This document shows positions 47,996 through 57,477 of a stretch of 64,000 bases of DNA, in pieces. Origin of the DNA: Patescibacteria group bacterium (GTDB lineage Bacteria; Patescibacteriota; Patescibacteriia; 2-02-FULL-49-11). The notes under the pieces were generated by a model, which saw only the letters and a program-made list of their open reading frames with translations, searched no databases and was not told where the DNA came from. Where the stretch lies: assembly GCA_041645165.1 (NCBI GenBank), contig JBAZQN010000002.1, positions 53,388-117,387 on the forward strand, read 5' to 3'. The stretch's first letter is position 1. The number at the start of each line of letters is the position of its first letter. Position numbers and translations under genes: made by a program.

Positions 47996-48715
47996 ATGGC
48001 TATTCTTTCAGTTATCATTCCTGTATATAACGAAGTGCGCACGATACGTGAGGTGATACATCGTTGTTTAAGACAGCCTCTTCCTCATGGGTTAGACCGG
48101 GAAATAGTGGTGGTCGATGATGGCTCCACTGACGGCACTAAGGAAGTTTTGATTTCATTTCGCGAATCAGCGAAGGTGTGTATACATGAAAAAAATTATG
48201 GCAAGGGTGCGGCCGTGCGCACGGGGCTCGCGGAAGCGCGCGGTGATATTATTCTGATTCAAGACGCAGATTTTGAATACGATCCCGGCGAGTGGCCAAA
48301 GCTTTTGCAGCCGATTCTTGATGATGAAGCAGATATTGTGTATGGCTCGCGGTTCTCAAGCGGTGCGCATCGCGTGTTGTACTATTGGCATTTTGTGGGG
48401 AATAAATTGGTTACCCTTTGGTCAAACATATGGACTAACCTCAATCTTACTGATATGGAAACAGGCGCTAAAGTATTTCGAAGAGAGGTGGTTGAGGGTA
48501 TCAAATTCAGATCGAATCGTTTCGGGTTTGAACCGGAGTTTACCGCAAAGATCGCTCATAGAGGATGGCGCATCTACGAGGTGGGGATTTCCTATCGTGG
48601 TCGTAGTTATGCGGAAGGGAAAAAGATTACTTGGCGGGACGGTCTTGTCGCGCTCTGGCACATCTTCAGATGGAATATGGTTGCGATGTATGAGCGTAAG
48701 AGGAATATTTTTTAA
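47996..48715 (+). CDS. GT2 glycosyltransferase (polyprenyl-phosphate sugar synthase-like)
   Basis: IIPVYNE, VDDGSTDGT, QDADFEYDP, YGSRF, TDMETG, FEPE. Confidence 0.95.
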   Translation: MAILSVIIPVYNEVRTIREVIHRCLRQPLPHGLDREIVVVDDGSTDGTKEVLISFRESAKVCIHEKNYGKGAAVRTGLAEARGDIILIQDADFEYDPGEWPKLLQPILDDEADIVYGSRFSSGAHRVLYYWHFVGNKLVTLWSNIWTNLNLTDMETGAKVFRREVVEGIKFRSNRFGFEPEFTAKIAHRGWRIYEVGISYRGRSYAEGKKITWRDGLVALWHIFRWNMVAMYERKRNIF

Positions 48716-48754
48716 AAGGACAAAACGGTTTCTAGGGATTTACGAATTTTTCCT

Positions 48755-50155
48755 ATGAAGGCGACTGCTTCACTATTATTTATTAGTAAGGAAACATGGA
48801 AGAAACAATTTCTCTATTTTATTCTTGCGATTGTGGTCATTATTAATCTCTTTACCGGTCTTTTCAACATTTACGGAGATGGCGTTGGTTATAATTTTCT
48901 CTATCAGCAGTTAAGGGAGAGAAATTGGTCATTCACCATATATCCTGAATCTCCGCCGCTCCCTAGTGAGTACATGTTTGTACCTGCGGGCAGCGGATGG
49001 TCCACATATTATCAGATCGGCGCACCACTCGTATGGGCATTCTTCGTCCCTCCTCTCACGCAGGTGCTCATGCCGCTTCTCACCATCATTTCACCCATTC
49101 CTTCTGTATGGTTAGATGGTCTCATAAGAGACGGAGTGGCCATACTTGCGCTTAATGCGATATTGGCATATGTCATCATGCGCCTGCTTATATATGTTTT
49201 GACGCGGGAGTTAAGCTTTTCTCTCCCTACGGCAGTGGCTGCGGTATTGCTTACTTACTTTGGTCTTCCTTCATGGGTGTATACATTTCAGGCGGTGGCT
49301 TATGCTCATACCGTGGAGCTTTTCTTTGTGACGTGCGCAGTCGCGGCTTATGTGAGGGCATACCGCACTCGTGTGCAATCCTGGCTTTTGGCGGGGAGCG
49401 TATGCGTGGGGTTTGCGGGTATTACCCGGATTGATGCACTCATATATTTGCTGCCATTCGCAGGGGTGGCGCTTGTCATATTCCCCTCGAAAATGCGCGC
49501 ACTTATCTCAACGACCGCGCCCGCGCTTGCGATAAGCGCGCTTCAAGTTCTCGTGTGGTGGATGATATTTAGGACACTGTTACCGAGTAAGGGTTACACG
49601 ATGGAGAGCCTCCAATTTCCTGGCAGGTTTGCGTGGGAAGTATTATTTAGTTCAGTGCGCGGATTTTTTGTCTGGTCGCCGATTGCCCTATTTGGGGTTG
49701 TCGGATTACTAAGCAACCTTCGCAAAAAGATATCGCGAAGGCATATCGCGGTTATTGGGGTGAGCAGTATTATTTTGTATGCGCTTTTTTATGGATCGTG
49801 GTATATGTGGTGGGGTGGAGATTCGGTCGGCCAGAGATTCCTCATACCATTGTTGCCATTTATTGCCTTTGGAGTTGCCCAATACCTTCATGATATATGT
49901 GCGTATCCTGTGCTCCTGCGCGCGGGGGGGAGGCTTGTGGTGGTTCTCGCCTCGCTCTTCTATTTCTCACTTGCGCTTATCTATCCATTAGTAGACCGAC
50001 CGGGGAGCACAGAAGAATATACCACTCCGATGACGCTTTATCGTAATGCGTCAGTGGAATATGGTTTCCCTAGTCTTTCTTCATGGCAGCCTCTCCTACG
50101 GGATTCGCTATGGTTTGGCCCGCGTCTCACTCATCTCCTCTATTATCAGAAATGA
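48755..50155 (+). CDS. GT-C-like membrane protein
   Basis: GDGVGY, RGFFVWSP, WWGGDSVGQRFL. Confidence 0.7.
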   Translation: MKATASLLFISKETWKKQFLYFILAIVVIINLFTGLFNIYGDGVGYNFLYQQLRERNWSFTIYPESPPLPSEYMFVPAGSGWSTYYQIGAPLVWAFFVPPLTQVLMPLLTIISPIPSVWLDGLIRDGVAILALNAILAYVIMRLLIYVLTRELSFSLPTAVAAVLLTYFGLPSWVYTFQAVAYAHTVELFFVTCAVAAYVRAYRTRVQSWLLAGSVCVGFAGITRIDALIYLLPFAGVALVIFPSKMRALISTTAPALAISALQVLVWWMIFRTLLPSKGYTMESLQFPGRFAWEVLFSSVRGFFVWSPIALFGVVGLLSNLRKKISRRHIAVIGVSSIILYALFYGSWYMWWGGDSVGQRFLIPLLPFIAFGVAQYLHDICAYPVLLRAGGRLVVVLASLFYFSLALIYPLVDRPGSTEEYTTPMTLYRNASVEYGFPSLSSWQPLLRDSLWFGPRLTHLLYYQK

Positions 50156-50168
50156 TTTTTTCATTTTT

Positions 50169-50762
50169 ATGACTGCGCAACGCACAAGAGGGTTTGGAGT
50201 ATTTGAGAACCTATTAAGTCGCCGTCGCGCGCGTGAAGCGCGTCGTCTGTTGCAGACCGCACCTTCACGCCATCGTATCCTTGATATCGGCTGCGGGCAG
50301 TATGGCGCATTCTTAAGAAGTGTTTCGTTTCAGGAGAAATTTGGCGTGGATAAGTTGCCTCCGATAATCAATAATGATAATAATATTACGTATTGCCAGC
50401 ATGATGTGGTGCGCAATACTATCCTTCCCTTCCCCAAAGATTTTTTTAACGCGATAACCTTGCTTGCCGTTATTGAACATATTGATATATATTCTGCGCG
50501 AGCGTTGCTACATGAGATATACCGTATTCTTAAGCCTCAAGGAGTGGCGGTAATCACCACGCCTGCGGTCGGCACAGGAAATATTTTAAACATACTAGCT
50601 CATACTCGCCTATTAAGCAATATAGAGATCAAGGAGCATGTGCATGAGTATGGCAGTATGGAATTGCAGCTTATGTTGGTTGACGCCCGTTTTCCTAAGG
50701 ATGGCATAGTCTACGGCAGATTTGAGTGCAGACTCAATCAATGGGTGCGGGCTATTAAATGA
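50169..50762 (+). CDS. Class I SAM-dependent methyltransferase
   Basis: ILDIGCG, LAVIEH, RILKPQG, ITTP. Confidence 0.92.
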   Translation: MTAQRTRGFGVFENLLSRRRAREARRLLQTAPSRHRILDIGCGQYGAFLRSVSFQEKFGVDKLPPIINNDNNITYCQHDVVRNTILPFPKDFFNAITLLAVIEHIDIYSARALLHEIYRILKPQGVAVITTPAVGTGNILNILAHTRLLSNIEIKEHVHEYGSMELQLMLVDARFPKDGIVYGRFECRLNQWVRAIK

Positions 50763-50771
50763 TAAATTATT

Positions 50772-51479
50772 ATGTCTATTACTATCGTGATCCCAACTTA
50801 TAATGAGCGTGAGAATATTGAAATACTTATTTCTCGAATTGCGGCGCTCCATATTCCCGAGGCGAACATCATTGTGGTGGATGACGCGTCGCCGGACGGG
50901 ACTGGCGCGGTAGTGACATCCTTACATGAAACGTACCCCTTTGTTTCGCTGATCGCGCGCAATGGGAAAAGGGGTTTGGGGAGCGCGTATGTGGAAGGCT
51001 TTACGCGGGCGCTCGCGCAAGGCGCAGATATCATCATTGAAATGGATGCAGATCTTTCGCATGCGCCAGAGGACATTCCGCGCTTATTAAGCGCGATTGA
51101 TGAAGGGGCAGATGTCGCGATCGGGTCGCGGCGGGTGCCTGGTGGCCAGATCGTCGGATGGCATTGGCGGCGGCACTTGGCGAGTACCTGCGCGACGTGG
51201 CTTTCGAGAGCGCTTCTTGGATTCAGCACTCGTGATATTACGAGCGGTTTCCGCGCATTTCGCCGCTCTGCGCTTATCGCGATTCACTTTGCCGATGTGC
51301 GGTCGGATGGTTATGCATTTCAGGAAGAAATGCTTTTGCGCTGCGAACGCGGGAAATTTATTATCACAGAAATCCCCGTGGTTTTTACGGACCGGGTAAG
51401 AGGCGAATCGAAGCTTGGTGTTCGTGAAGTAATTTCTTTCTTTATTACCCTCATGCGCTTATGGATACATCGCCATTGA
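50772..51479 (+). CDS. Polyprenol monophosphomannose synthase (DPM1-like GT2)
   Basis: PTYNERENI, DDASPDGT, GLGSAY, MDADLSH, TSGFR, GYAFQEE. Confidence 0.95.
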   Translation: MSITIVIPTYNERENIEILISRIAALHIPEANIIVVDDASPDGTGAVVTSLHETYPFVSLIARNGKRGLGSAYVEGFTRALAQGADIIIEMDADLSHAPEDIPRLLSAIDEGADVAIGSRRVPGGQIVGWHWRRHLASTCATWLSRALLGFSTRDITSGFRAFRRSALIAIHFADVRSDGYAFQEEMLLRCERGKFIITEIPVVFTDRVRGESKLGVREVISFFITLMRLWIHRH

Positions 51480-53143
51480 ATGGATCAAAATATTTTACCC
51501 CGTTACCAGAAAGCTACGATGGTAAGACCGTAGTAGATGAATGGGTATCAATCCCGAAGGGGCATAATAACCAAAGTTATGAGGGTGAGCCCATGGTAAC
51601 GGGGTTTAAGCGCGGGTTAGTGCTCGTCACTGCGCTTGGCGTGCTCTTGCGCGTGATTGCCGTGGTGAGCAATGGGCGTTTCTGGTTTGATGAAATTATC
51701 ACCGTGGCTATAGCCAGAAAGCCCTTGCATGAAATGTGGGCATATCTTGCCGTGGAGAATCATCCGCCTTTGCACTATTATCTCGTCCATGGGTGGATTG
51801 CTCTTTTTGGACCGGGGGAGGTTGCAGTGAAGCTTTCCTCGGTGCTCGCGGGCGCCGCAGGGATTGTCGTGACAGGTATATTTGCGAGACGATTGTTCGG
51901 TGTGCGCACAGGCTTAATTGCAGCAGGACTTACCGCTCTAAGCACGTTTCAGATTTTCTTTTCCTCTGAAGTGCGGATGTATGCATGGCTCTATTTATTT
52001 GGCGTGGTCTCATTGATGTCGTTCTGGGAGATTATCCGCTCTTCGTCGTGGAAATGGCATGTCGTATGGATGGTCTCCACTATTGCCGCGCTCTATACTC
52101 ATTTGGGGGGCGTGTTCGTGCTGGTAGTCGAAGTCGCTTTTAGTGTGGCCTATTCACTGTACGTACGCGCTCAAGCAAGGAAAGGAATGCGTAATAAATA
52201 CCAAATGCCGTCAGTACCCCTCCGTACAGTTGTGTTCATGATGGTGGTAGTGTGTCTCGCGTGGCTGCCGTGGATTATAGTGTTTGTGCGAGAGAAGATG
52301 CAGACATTTAATCGGAATGCATGGTATTTTTGGATTGAGCCTGCTAATCCTTTCCCCATGGAAGCGCTGCGGCAATTTTTCTTTTTTGATAATTATTCTG
52401 ATTTTATTGAATTATGCGGCTGGATATTCATTGTAACAGTATTTACCATTGCGCTCTTATCGATCCGTCGTACCAATGAGCGCAAATATACTGTACAATT
52501 TTCAATGGATCTCCCCACCATATATGCGATGGTTATATTTATCTTTCCCGTCTTTATTGGTTTTTTTACCAATGTATTAGTGGTGAAAGTATATATTATC
52601 GCGGGGGCGGGAGCATATCTTTTGGCGAGCAAAGGCCTAAGCCGTATTCACGTTCCTAAATCGTTTCCTCCCTTTCTCTTTCCGCTTATGCTCATCGTAT
52701 TCTTTATCGCTTCGGACATGGGAGTACTTTTGGAGGTGAGACCCGCATGGAAAAATGTGGGAGGTTATCTTGAGACGAACGAAAGACAGGCTGATGCCAT
52801 TGTGATCCTCTCTCATAGTTATGAAGTTGCCCTTCGCTATTATTATCACGGCACGATGCCGGTATTGCCATTTTATCCTCTCCCTGATGATACGCATGGC
52901 GATACGCTCCTGCGTGCAGTGCGGAGGAATTGGTATACGATCCTCACGAAGGAAAATGTGGGGATGCTTAATAATCTCGTAGAGGGACGAAAACGGATTT
53001 TTGTTGTGTTGGTGGGTAATTTTAATAAAGTGGAGCGGATTGCGCCCGAATGGTTCTTCTCGCACGGGTGGCAGCTGCGCTCTGTCGAACGTTGGGAAGA
53101 CTATATGGTCAATCCGGAGGTGATGTTGTTGGAGAAGCTGTGA
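51461..53143 (+). CDS. GT39/ArnT-PMT family glycosyltransferase (start probably 51593)
   Basis: WFDE, HPPLHY, EVRMY, YTH. Confidence 0.9.
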   Translation: MDTSPLNGSKYFTPLPESYDGKTVVDEWVSIPKGHNNQSYEGEPMVTGFKRGLVLVTALGVLLRVIAVVSNGRFWFDEIITVAIARKPLHEMWAYLAVENHPPLHYYLVHGWIALFGPGEVAVKLSSVLAGAAGIVVTGIFARRLFGVRTGLIAAGLTALSTFQIFFSSEVRMYAWLYLFGVVSLMSFWEIIRSSSWKWHVVWMVSTIAALYTHLGGVFVLVVEVAFSVAYSLYVRAQARKGMRNKYQMPSVPLRTVVFMMVVVCLAWLPWIIVFVREKMQTFNRNAWYFWIEPANPFPMEALRQFFFFDNYSDFIELCGWIFIVTVFTIALLSIRRTNERKYTVQFSMDLPTIYAMVIFIFPVFIGFFTNVLVVKVYIIAGAGAYLLASKGLSRIHVPKSFPPFLFPLMLIVFFIASDMGVLLEVRPAWKNVGGYLETNERQADAIVILSHSYEVALRYYYHGTMPVLPFYPLPDDTHGDTLLRAVRRNWYTILTKENVGMLNNLVEGRKRIFVVLVGNFNKVERIAPEWFFSHGWQLRSVERWEDYMVNPEVMLLEKL

Positions 53144-53169
53144 ACGGTGAGGGGGTAAGGTTTATGATG

Positions 53170-53278
53170 CTAGTACCGTAACAATTAAGTTTCGCAACAT
53201 GCATAGTGCCAAATCTCCCTGTAAATACTGCTCAAAACGCGCCAGTGATATGGCATAATTAAATTGTTACGGCACTAG
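53170..53278. mobile_element. MITE family B (CTAG ends)
   Basis: CTAGTACCGTAACAATT ... AATTGTTACGGCACTAG, 16/17 inverted match. Confidence 0.7.
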
Positions 53279-53343
53279 TTTCGTGAGACGGTTACGGTAA
53301 AGTACGTGACGAGTAATTACATCCATTGATGAAACGGGCATCC

Positions 53344-55281
53344 TTACCTTAACCAGTTATCCACAACAAGGTTTACGCTTCCTAACCTGTCCAGTTCGAG
53401 CCCCCCGCGCACATTCGTAAAGTCCTCTATTTCAAAGCTGAACGGGGGATTTTTTTTAGGTTTTTTTATTTCAGAACGGAAAAATAGTGCCGAGGTACCC
53501 TCTTGTTGCATGAGGGAATAGCCGCCTTCATCGAGCAGCTGGCGGAAACGTGCTTTCATGAGCGCGGCATAGGGCTGTGTCCAAGCAATCGAGTGTGCTT
53601 GCACCAAATCTGCCTTTACATCCATTTCATCAAGCACGAGATAGTCAGGGTATGCAGCGGGCGGGTACGGCGCAGCAGCGTATTGCTGGACGCCAAGGAG
53701 CGTGAGTGGGAGGAGGGTAAGGCCGCGGCGGGAAGAAAGGGGGGCAAGAAATTGGTCAGTGGAAGCCACGGTGGCATGCGGGGGTATGGAGGCAAGGATT
53801 TCTTTTTGCGGCGTCACGTTTGTGTGGGCACTTATCGCATATGCTGCGGGGATCAATGGCCCAAACGAGAGCATTGAGCCAACAGCGGCAGTCATCACGC
53901 ACACTAACAATATAGTTTTATCTTTTAAGAACTCGTTTGCATATACTACGATCGTAGAATAGACAAACGAGTGTTTTTTTTCAAATTGCGCGTGCGGTGT
54001 GTATGTAGTGAGAAAGGGGATAAACGCAAGAAATATCCCGGGAAGCAGCAGCAGACCGTAGTGCGTCTGCCAGATGAGCGCGCCGCCGCCTGCGGAAGAG
54101 AGGGTTATTGCCGCGAGCGGGGGGAGCGCGAGGAGGAGCCACTTTGGTTTTAAAAGCGGCAGAAAAATGAGCGGTAATAGAAGCCCTAGGAGCATTTCGA
54201 GATTTTGAAAGCTAAGGATATGGGCAATAACTCCTTTTGTGACAGCGCCCAAAGAGCCAAGCTGCGGAATCCATTCATAATAAATGCGGAATTGATATCC
54301 AAGGGAGGGGGAAAAATGGGAAATAATGCGCTGCGCGAGGAAGAACCAGGCGGCGCTGAGACATATTATGAAGGATGGAACCCATAAGTTCGCAGCGGGT
54401 TGTCGGTGGGGGTAACACGCATCGGCCGCCCCTGTGAGTCGTCCGTGCTCCGCCTCGCCCTCGCTCGTCCCGCGCGGCGGGACACCATGCCCGCTCGGGC
54501 TACGGAGGGTTCCCCCACCGCCAACCCTCACTTTAAGAGAAGCGCCAAGCCATATAAAACCTAAGAAAAGCGTGATAAGGGACACATCCTCGCGCACGGA
54601 AAGGGAGAGGAGGAGGAAGAGGGTGAAGAGTGTACAGTTATTCAGTCGGTCAGTCCTCAGTTTATCGGTTTTCGATTCTTTGATTTTTTGCCAGTAGTAA
54701 AAAAGAAAGAAAAGGAATAAGGGCGCGAAGGAGAGGGAGTGGAATTCGAAAAGGTTGGCGTTCTGCACGGCAGGGTGAAGCAACCAGAGCGTTCCGACCG
54801 CAGTCGGCAGCCAGTTTTTCAGTTTTTCTGTTATCGGTTTATCAGTTTTTTGATTTTCCGATTCATCAACTCTATGACTCTGTGACTTAATGACTTTTTG
54901 GCTTATTAGAAAAAGCGGCCATGCGGCAAGCGCCAGCGCAAGTGTCTGGAGTACCAGCAGCATCCTCGGATCGGGAAAGAGCGCATACAGGGGCGCAATG
55001 AGGAAGAGTATTGGTTCAAAGTGGTCGCCTAAGTAATTGTGGCCTTGGATGGAGGAGTAGAGTTTATCAGTTATTCGGTTAATCAATTTATCAGTTTTAG
55101 GAATTACAATATTGTCACCCTGAGCCTGACGAAGGATGGATCCCTTGTTTGAAAGCTGCCAAGTGACTTGATTATAAATCGCCAAATCCCGCGCATTATA
55201 GCGCAACTGGCTATATTTCCAGAGCGAAATGCCGGAGAAGATGAGGATGTAGAGAATAATGCCGCTCGCGAGCACGCGCAT
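53344..55281 (-). CDS. DUF2079-type membrane protein with several in-frame repeat insertions
   Basis: DLAIYNQ, LGDHFEPIL, LLVLQTL, FEFH, REDV, HY. Confidence 0.85.
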   Translation of the reverse strand: MRVLASGIILYILIFSGISLWKYSQLRYNARDLAIYNQVTWQLSNKGSILRQAQGDNIVIPKTDKLINRITDKLYSSIQGHNYLGDHFEPILFLIAPLYALFPDPRMLLVLQTLALALAAWPLFLISQKVIKSQSHRVDESENQKTDKPITEKLKNWLPTAVGTLWLLHPAVQNANLFEFHSLSFAPLFLFFLFYYWQKIKESKTDKLRTDRLNNCTLFTLFLLLSLSVREDVSLITLFLGFIWLGASLKVRVGGGGTLRSPSGHGVPPRGTSEGEAEHGRLTGAADACYPHRQPAANLWVPSFIICLSAAWFFLAQRIISHFSPSLGYQFRIYYEWIPQLGSLGAVTKGVIAHILSFQNLEMLLGLLLPLIFLPLLKPKWLLLALPPLAAITLSSAGGGALIWQTHYGLLLLPGIFLAFIPFLTTYTPHAQFEKKHSFVYSTIVVYANEFLKDKTILLVCVMTAAVGSMLSFGPLIPAAYAISAHTNVTPQKEILASIPPHATVASTDQFLAPLSSRRGLTLLPLTLLGVQQYAAAPYPPAAYPDYLVLDEMDVKADLVQAHSIAWTQPYAALMKARFRQLLDEGGYSLMQQEGTSALFFRSEIKKPKKNPPFSFEIEDFTNVRGGLELDRLGSVNLVVDNWLR

Positions 55282-55286
55282 GGGAG

Positions 55287-55708
55287 CTATGAGAGTTCAA
55301 GGTATTGTTGCGGCGTGAGGGCACGCACGAGGTGTGCACTCTGGACAATCATTTGTTGGTCAAGGGTGATGAGTGTGGCGCTGGTCCATTGGGCGGCGCG
55401 CACCATAACGGCGTCGCTTGTTTTGAGCGCGAGGGGGCTTGTGCGCGTTGCGGCGATGAAGCGCCGTACGAACTCCTCATCGAGCGGGAGAATACGGAAA
55501 TCGGCAACATAGGCTTCGAAATCAGACACGCGCGCCAGCGCATCGTGGCGGGCGAGTGCGGTGACCGTTTCCATGACGGCAAGCGAGGGGACCGTCACGC
55601 GGTCGCCGCGCGCACGGATGCCACAAACATATCGCGCACGCGCTCCGCGTGCGCGTCATGCGCATGGAACATCGCGACGAGGACGGATGTATCAAGGGCG
55701 ATCAGCAT
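55287..55708 (-). pseudogene. vapC: VapC/PIN toxin, frameshifted near 55600-55615
   Basis: MLIALDTSVLVA at 55708 stops at 55595; C-terminal half (LKTSDA, LITLD) is in another frame. Confidence 0.8.
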
Positions 55709-55715
55709 ACTATGT

Positions 55716-56000
55716 TCACTCGTCCCTCAATTCGCGGATAATCTCCACTGCGGACTTCTTGCTTTTGAAGCGCAGGTGTTCCGGTATGTTAATCCAGAGG
55801 TCGAGGGAATTGAATTCCTTTGGCACGGGTTTTGCGGCCTCGGCAGTATCCGGTATCGTTGCGCCCGTGGGTTCGGGCGTAATGCGGGCGATCGGTTTTG
55901 AGCGATGGATGACTTGGAACGAGTCGCCACGCTCGAGCGCTTTCCATATTTTAGCAAGATTAAGCCTTACTTCTTTAGCGGAAATGGTTCGGGTAGGCAT
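55716..56000 (-). CDS. Phd/YefM-family antitoxin
   Basis: TISAKEVRLNL ... GDSFQVIHRSKPIARI; upstream of the PIN gene. Confidence 0.88.
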   Translation of the reverse strand: MPTRTISAKEVRLNLAKIWKALERGDSFQVIHRSKPIARITPEPTGATIPDTAEAAKPVPKEFNSLDLWINIPEHLRFKSKKSAVEIIRELRDE

Positions 56001-56021
56001 AAATAAGAAAAATTAGTGTTA

Positions 56022-56041
56022 ACTTAAAGTATATTTTAAGT
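56022..56041. promoter_or_regulatory. Candidate TA autorepression operator
   Basis: ACTTAAA-GTATAT-TTTAAGT just upstream of the antitoxin. Confidence 0.55.
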
Positions 56042-56068
56042 ATACATTTGAGGTGCATCTTGTCCATA

Positions 56069-56097
56069 TTGACAAAACTCAAAATCCATGGTATCTT
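56069..56097 (+). promoter_or_regulatory. Sigma70 promoter
   Basis: TTGACA-17 nt-TATCTT with TGn extension. Confidence 0.6.
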
Positions 56098-56161
56098 TTT
56101 ATGATTTTTCCAAACTAAATCCTAAAACAAAAAAAGAATCGCGGGAAAGGAGGTGATCAAG

Positions 56162-56575
56162 ATGAAAACCCGCGGAAAAATTTTGTGGCTCGTTGCGTTC
56201 GTAGCGGTGTTAGGGGGGTGCGCCGGAAGCTCAAATTTTAAGGAGGGTGGGAAGGAAACTTTCGGGTTTCAAAAATCTGCCTTCGGGTCAGGACCAACTG
56301 AGCTCTCCGTGGCACGAGTCAATCTTGCACAAGCTAAAAAGCTTGAGTATGAGGCAAAGATTGATTCAGCCATCGCCGCCAACACCACGGAAGGTAACGC
56401 AGCGCAAATCGCTTTTTATCAGGCGTTGCGTAATGCGGCAGGGTCAGGATTATTCCTGACGGCGGGGAACGAGGTGTTGTTCAATATGCATCGTTTTGAT
56501 GCGCATGAGGACGCGCATAATGCGGCGTATTTGATGGGGGTAGTATGCCCCGTGTGCGGCCTTAAAACGCGGTAA
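56162..56575 (+). CDS. Putative lipoprotein with C-terminal His/CxxC motif
   Basis: AAAGGAGGTGA SD; lipobox LGGC; HRFDAHEDAH ... CPVC. Confidence 0.7.
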   Translation: MKTRGKILWLVAFVAVLGGCAGSSNFKEGGKETFGFQKSAFGSGPTELSVARVNLAQAKKLEYEAKIDSAIAANTTEGNAAQIAFYQALRNAAGSGLFLTAGNEVLFNMHRFDAHEDAHNAAYLMGVVCPVCGLKTR

Positions 56576-56597
56576 GGGCACTGGCGCGAGAAAACAA

Positions 56598-56628
56598 AGG
56601 GCGGTATCTGTTGTTTGGATACCGCTCT
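56598..56628. terminator. Terminator hairpin
   Basis: GCGGTATC-N9-GATACCGC. Confidence 0.6.
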
Positions 56629-56659
56629 TGAACGTTAATGGAGACGAATATAGGATGAG

Positions 56660-57061
56660 TTATTGTACACCCGCGCCGGCGAGGATAATTGAGAATACGA
56701 ATTTGGAGATTGCGTAGGCAAGAATAATGACGATGAGGCCGATGATAGAAGATTCAATAATTTTCTGTGCCGATTCAACCTCTTCCGTTCTGCCGCGCGC
56801 GAGCATCCATTTGAAACCTGCATACACAATAAGGGCAAGAAATATTACGCCTATGATAGTAAGCATCGCTTGAATAATGCCACCTACTGTTATCGCCAGA
56901 TCCTTAGTACCAAGACCGCTTGCGTTGCCCGCATTAAATAAATTGCCTTGTATCTCGCCTGCAACTGGTGCAGCTATTGATGGAAGTGGCGTAATTAGTT
57001 GAACTATAACAGTCGCTGTAAGGGCGATATATTTTTTTATGTGCGGGGTGAGGCGGGGCAT
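56660..57061 (-). CDS. TrbC/VirB2-like (T4SS-type) pilin 1
   Basis: Leader, then TM-YAGFKWMLARGRTEEVESAQKII-TM. Confidence 0.85.
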   Translation of the reverse strand: MPRLTPHIKKYIALTATVIVQLITPLPSIAAPVAGEIQGNLFNAGNASGLGTKDLAITVGGIIQAMLTIIGVIFLALIVYAGFKWMLARGRTEEVESAQKIIESSIIGLIVIILAYAISKFVFSIILAGAGVQ

Positions 57062-57135
57062 ATACTTTGATAAATCATAAATTCTAATTTTGTCGTTTGC
57101 GGCTGCGCTGCCGGGCATAAGGAATGGGTGAGTGA

Positions 57136-57447
57136 TTACGCCCGTGAGAGGGCTAATTTCTCGAGCCTGACCACCCGGTCTTCAAGTACCTTGAACTCAT
57201 CGCGACCGACCTTCTCTTTGAGTTCATACCTGATCAGGCGGAGCTCTTCGGAATGTATTTTTGATTCATTTATTAGGATTAGTACATCGTCTTTCACGGT
57301 TTGCAGGTCTTCCGTCATGTGCCCCACTTTCTCAAATGTCGCCTCGCCTTTATCTTTCACCAATTCAATATTTTCCGCCAGCGCTTTGTAATGCGAGCGG
57401 ATTTCCTCGAGTAATATTTGGGTGTAATCTTCAGGGATTTGATTCAT
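57136..57447 (-). CDS. Small coiled-coil protein
   Basis: Heptad pattern ending LEDRVVRLEK; TATAAT 6 nt before ATG (leaderless-like). Confidence 0.7.
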   Translation of the reverse strand: MNQIPEDYTQILLEEIRSHYKALAENIELVKDKGEATFEKVGHMTEDLQTVKDDVLILINESKIHSEELRLIRYELKEKVGRDEFKVLEDRVVRLEKLALSRA

Positions 57448-57477
57448 AGCCTTATTATACGCCGCGAGGGGAAGGAG

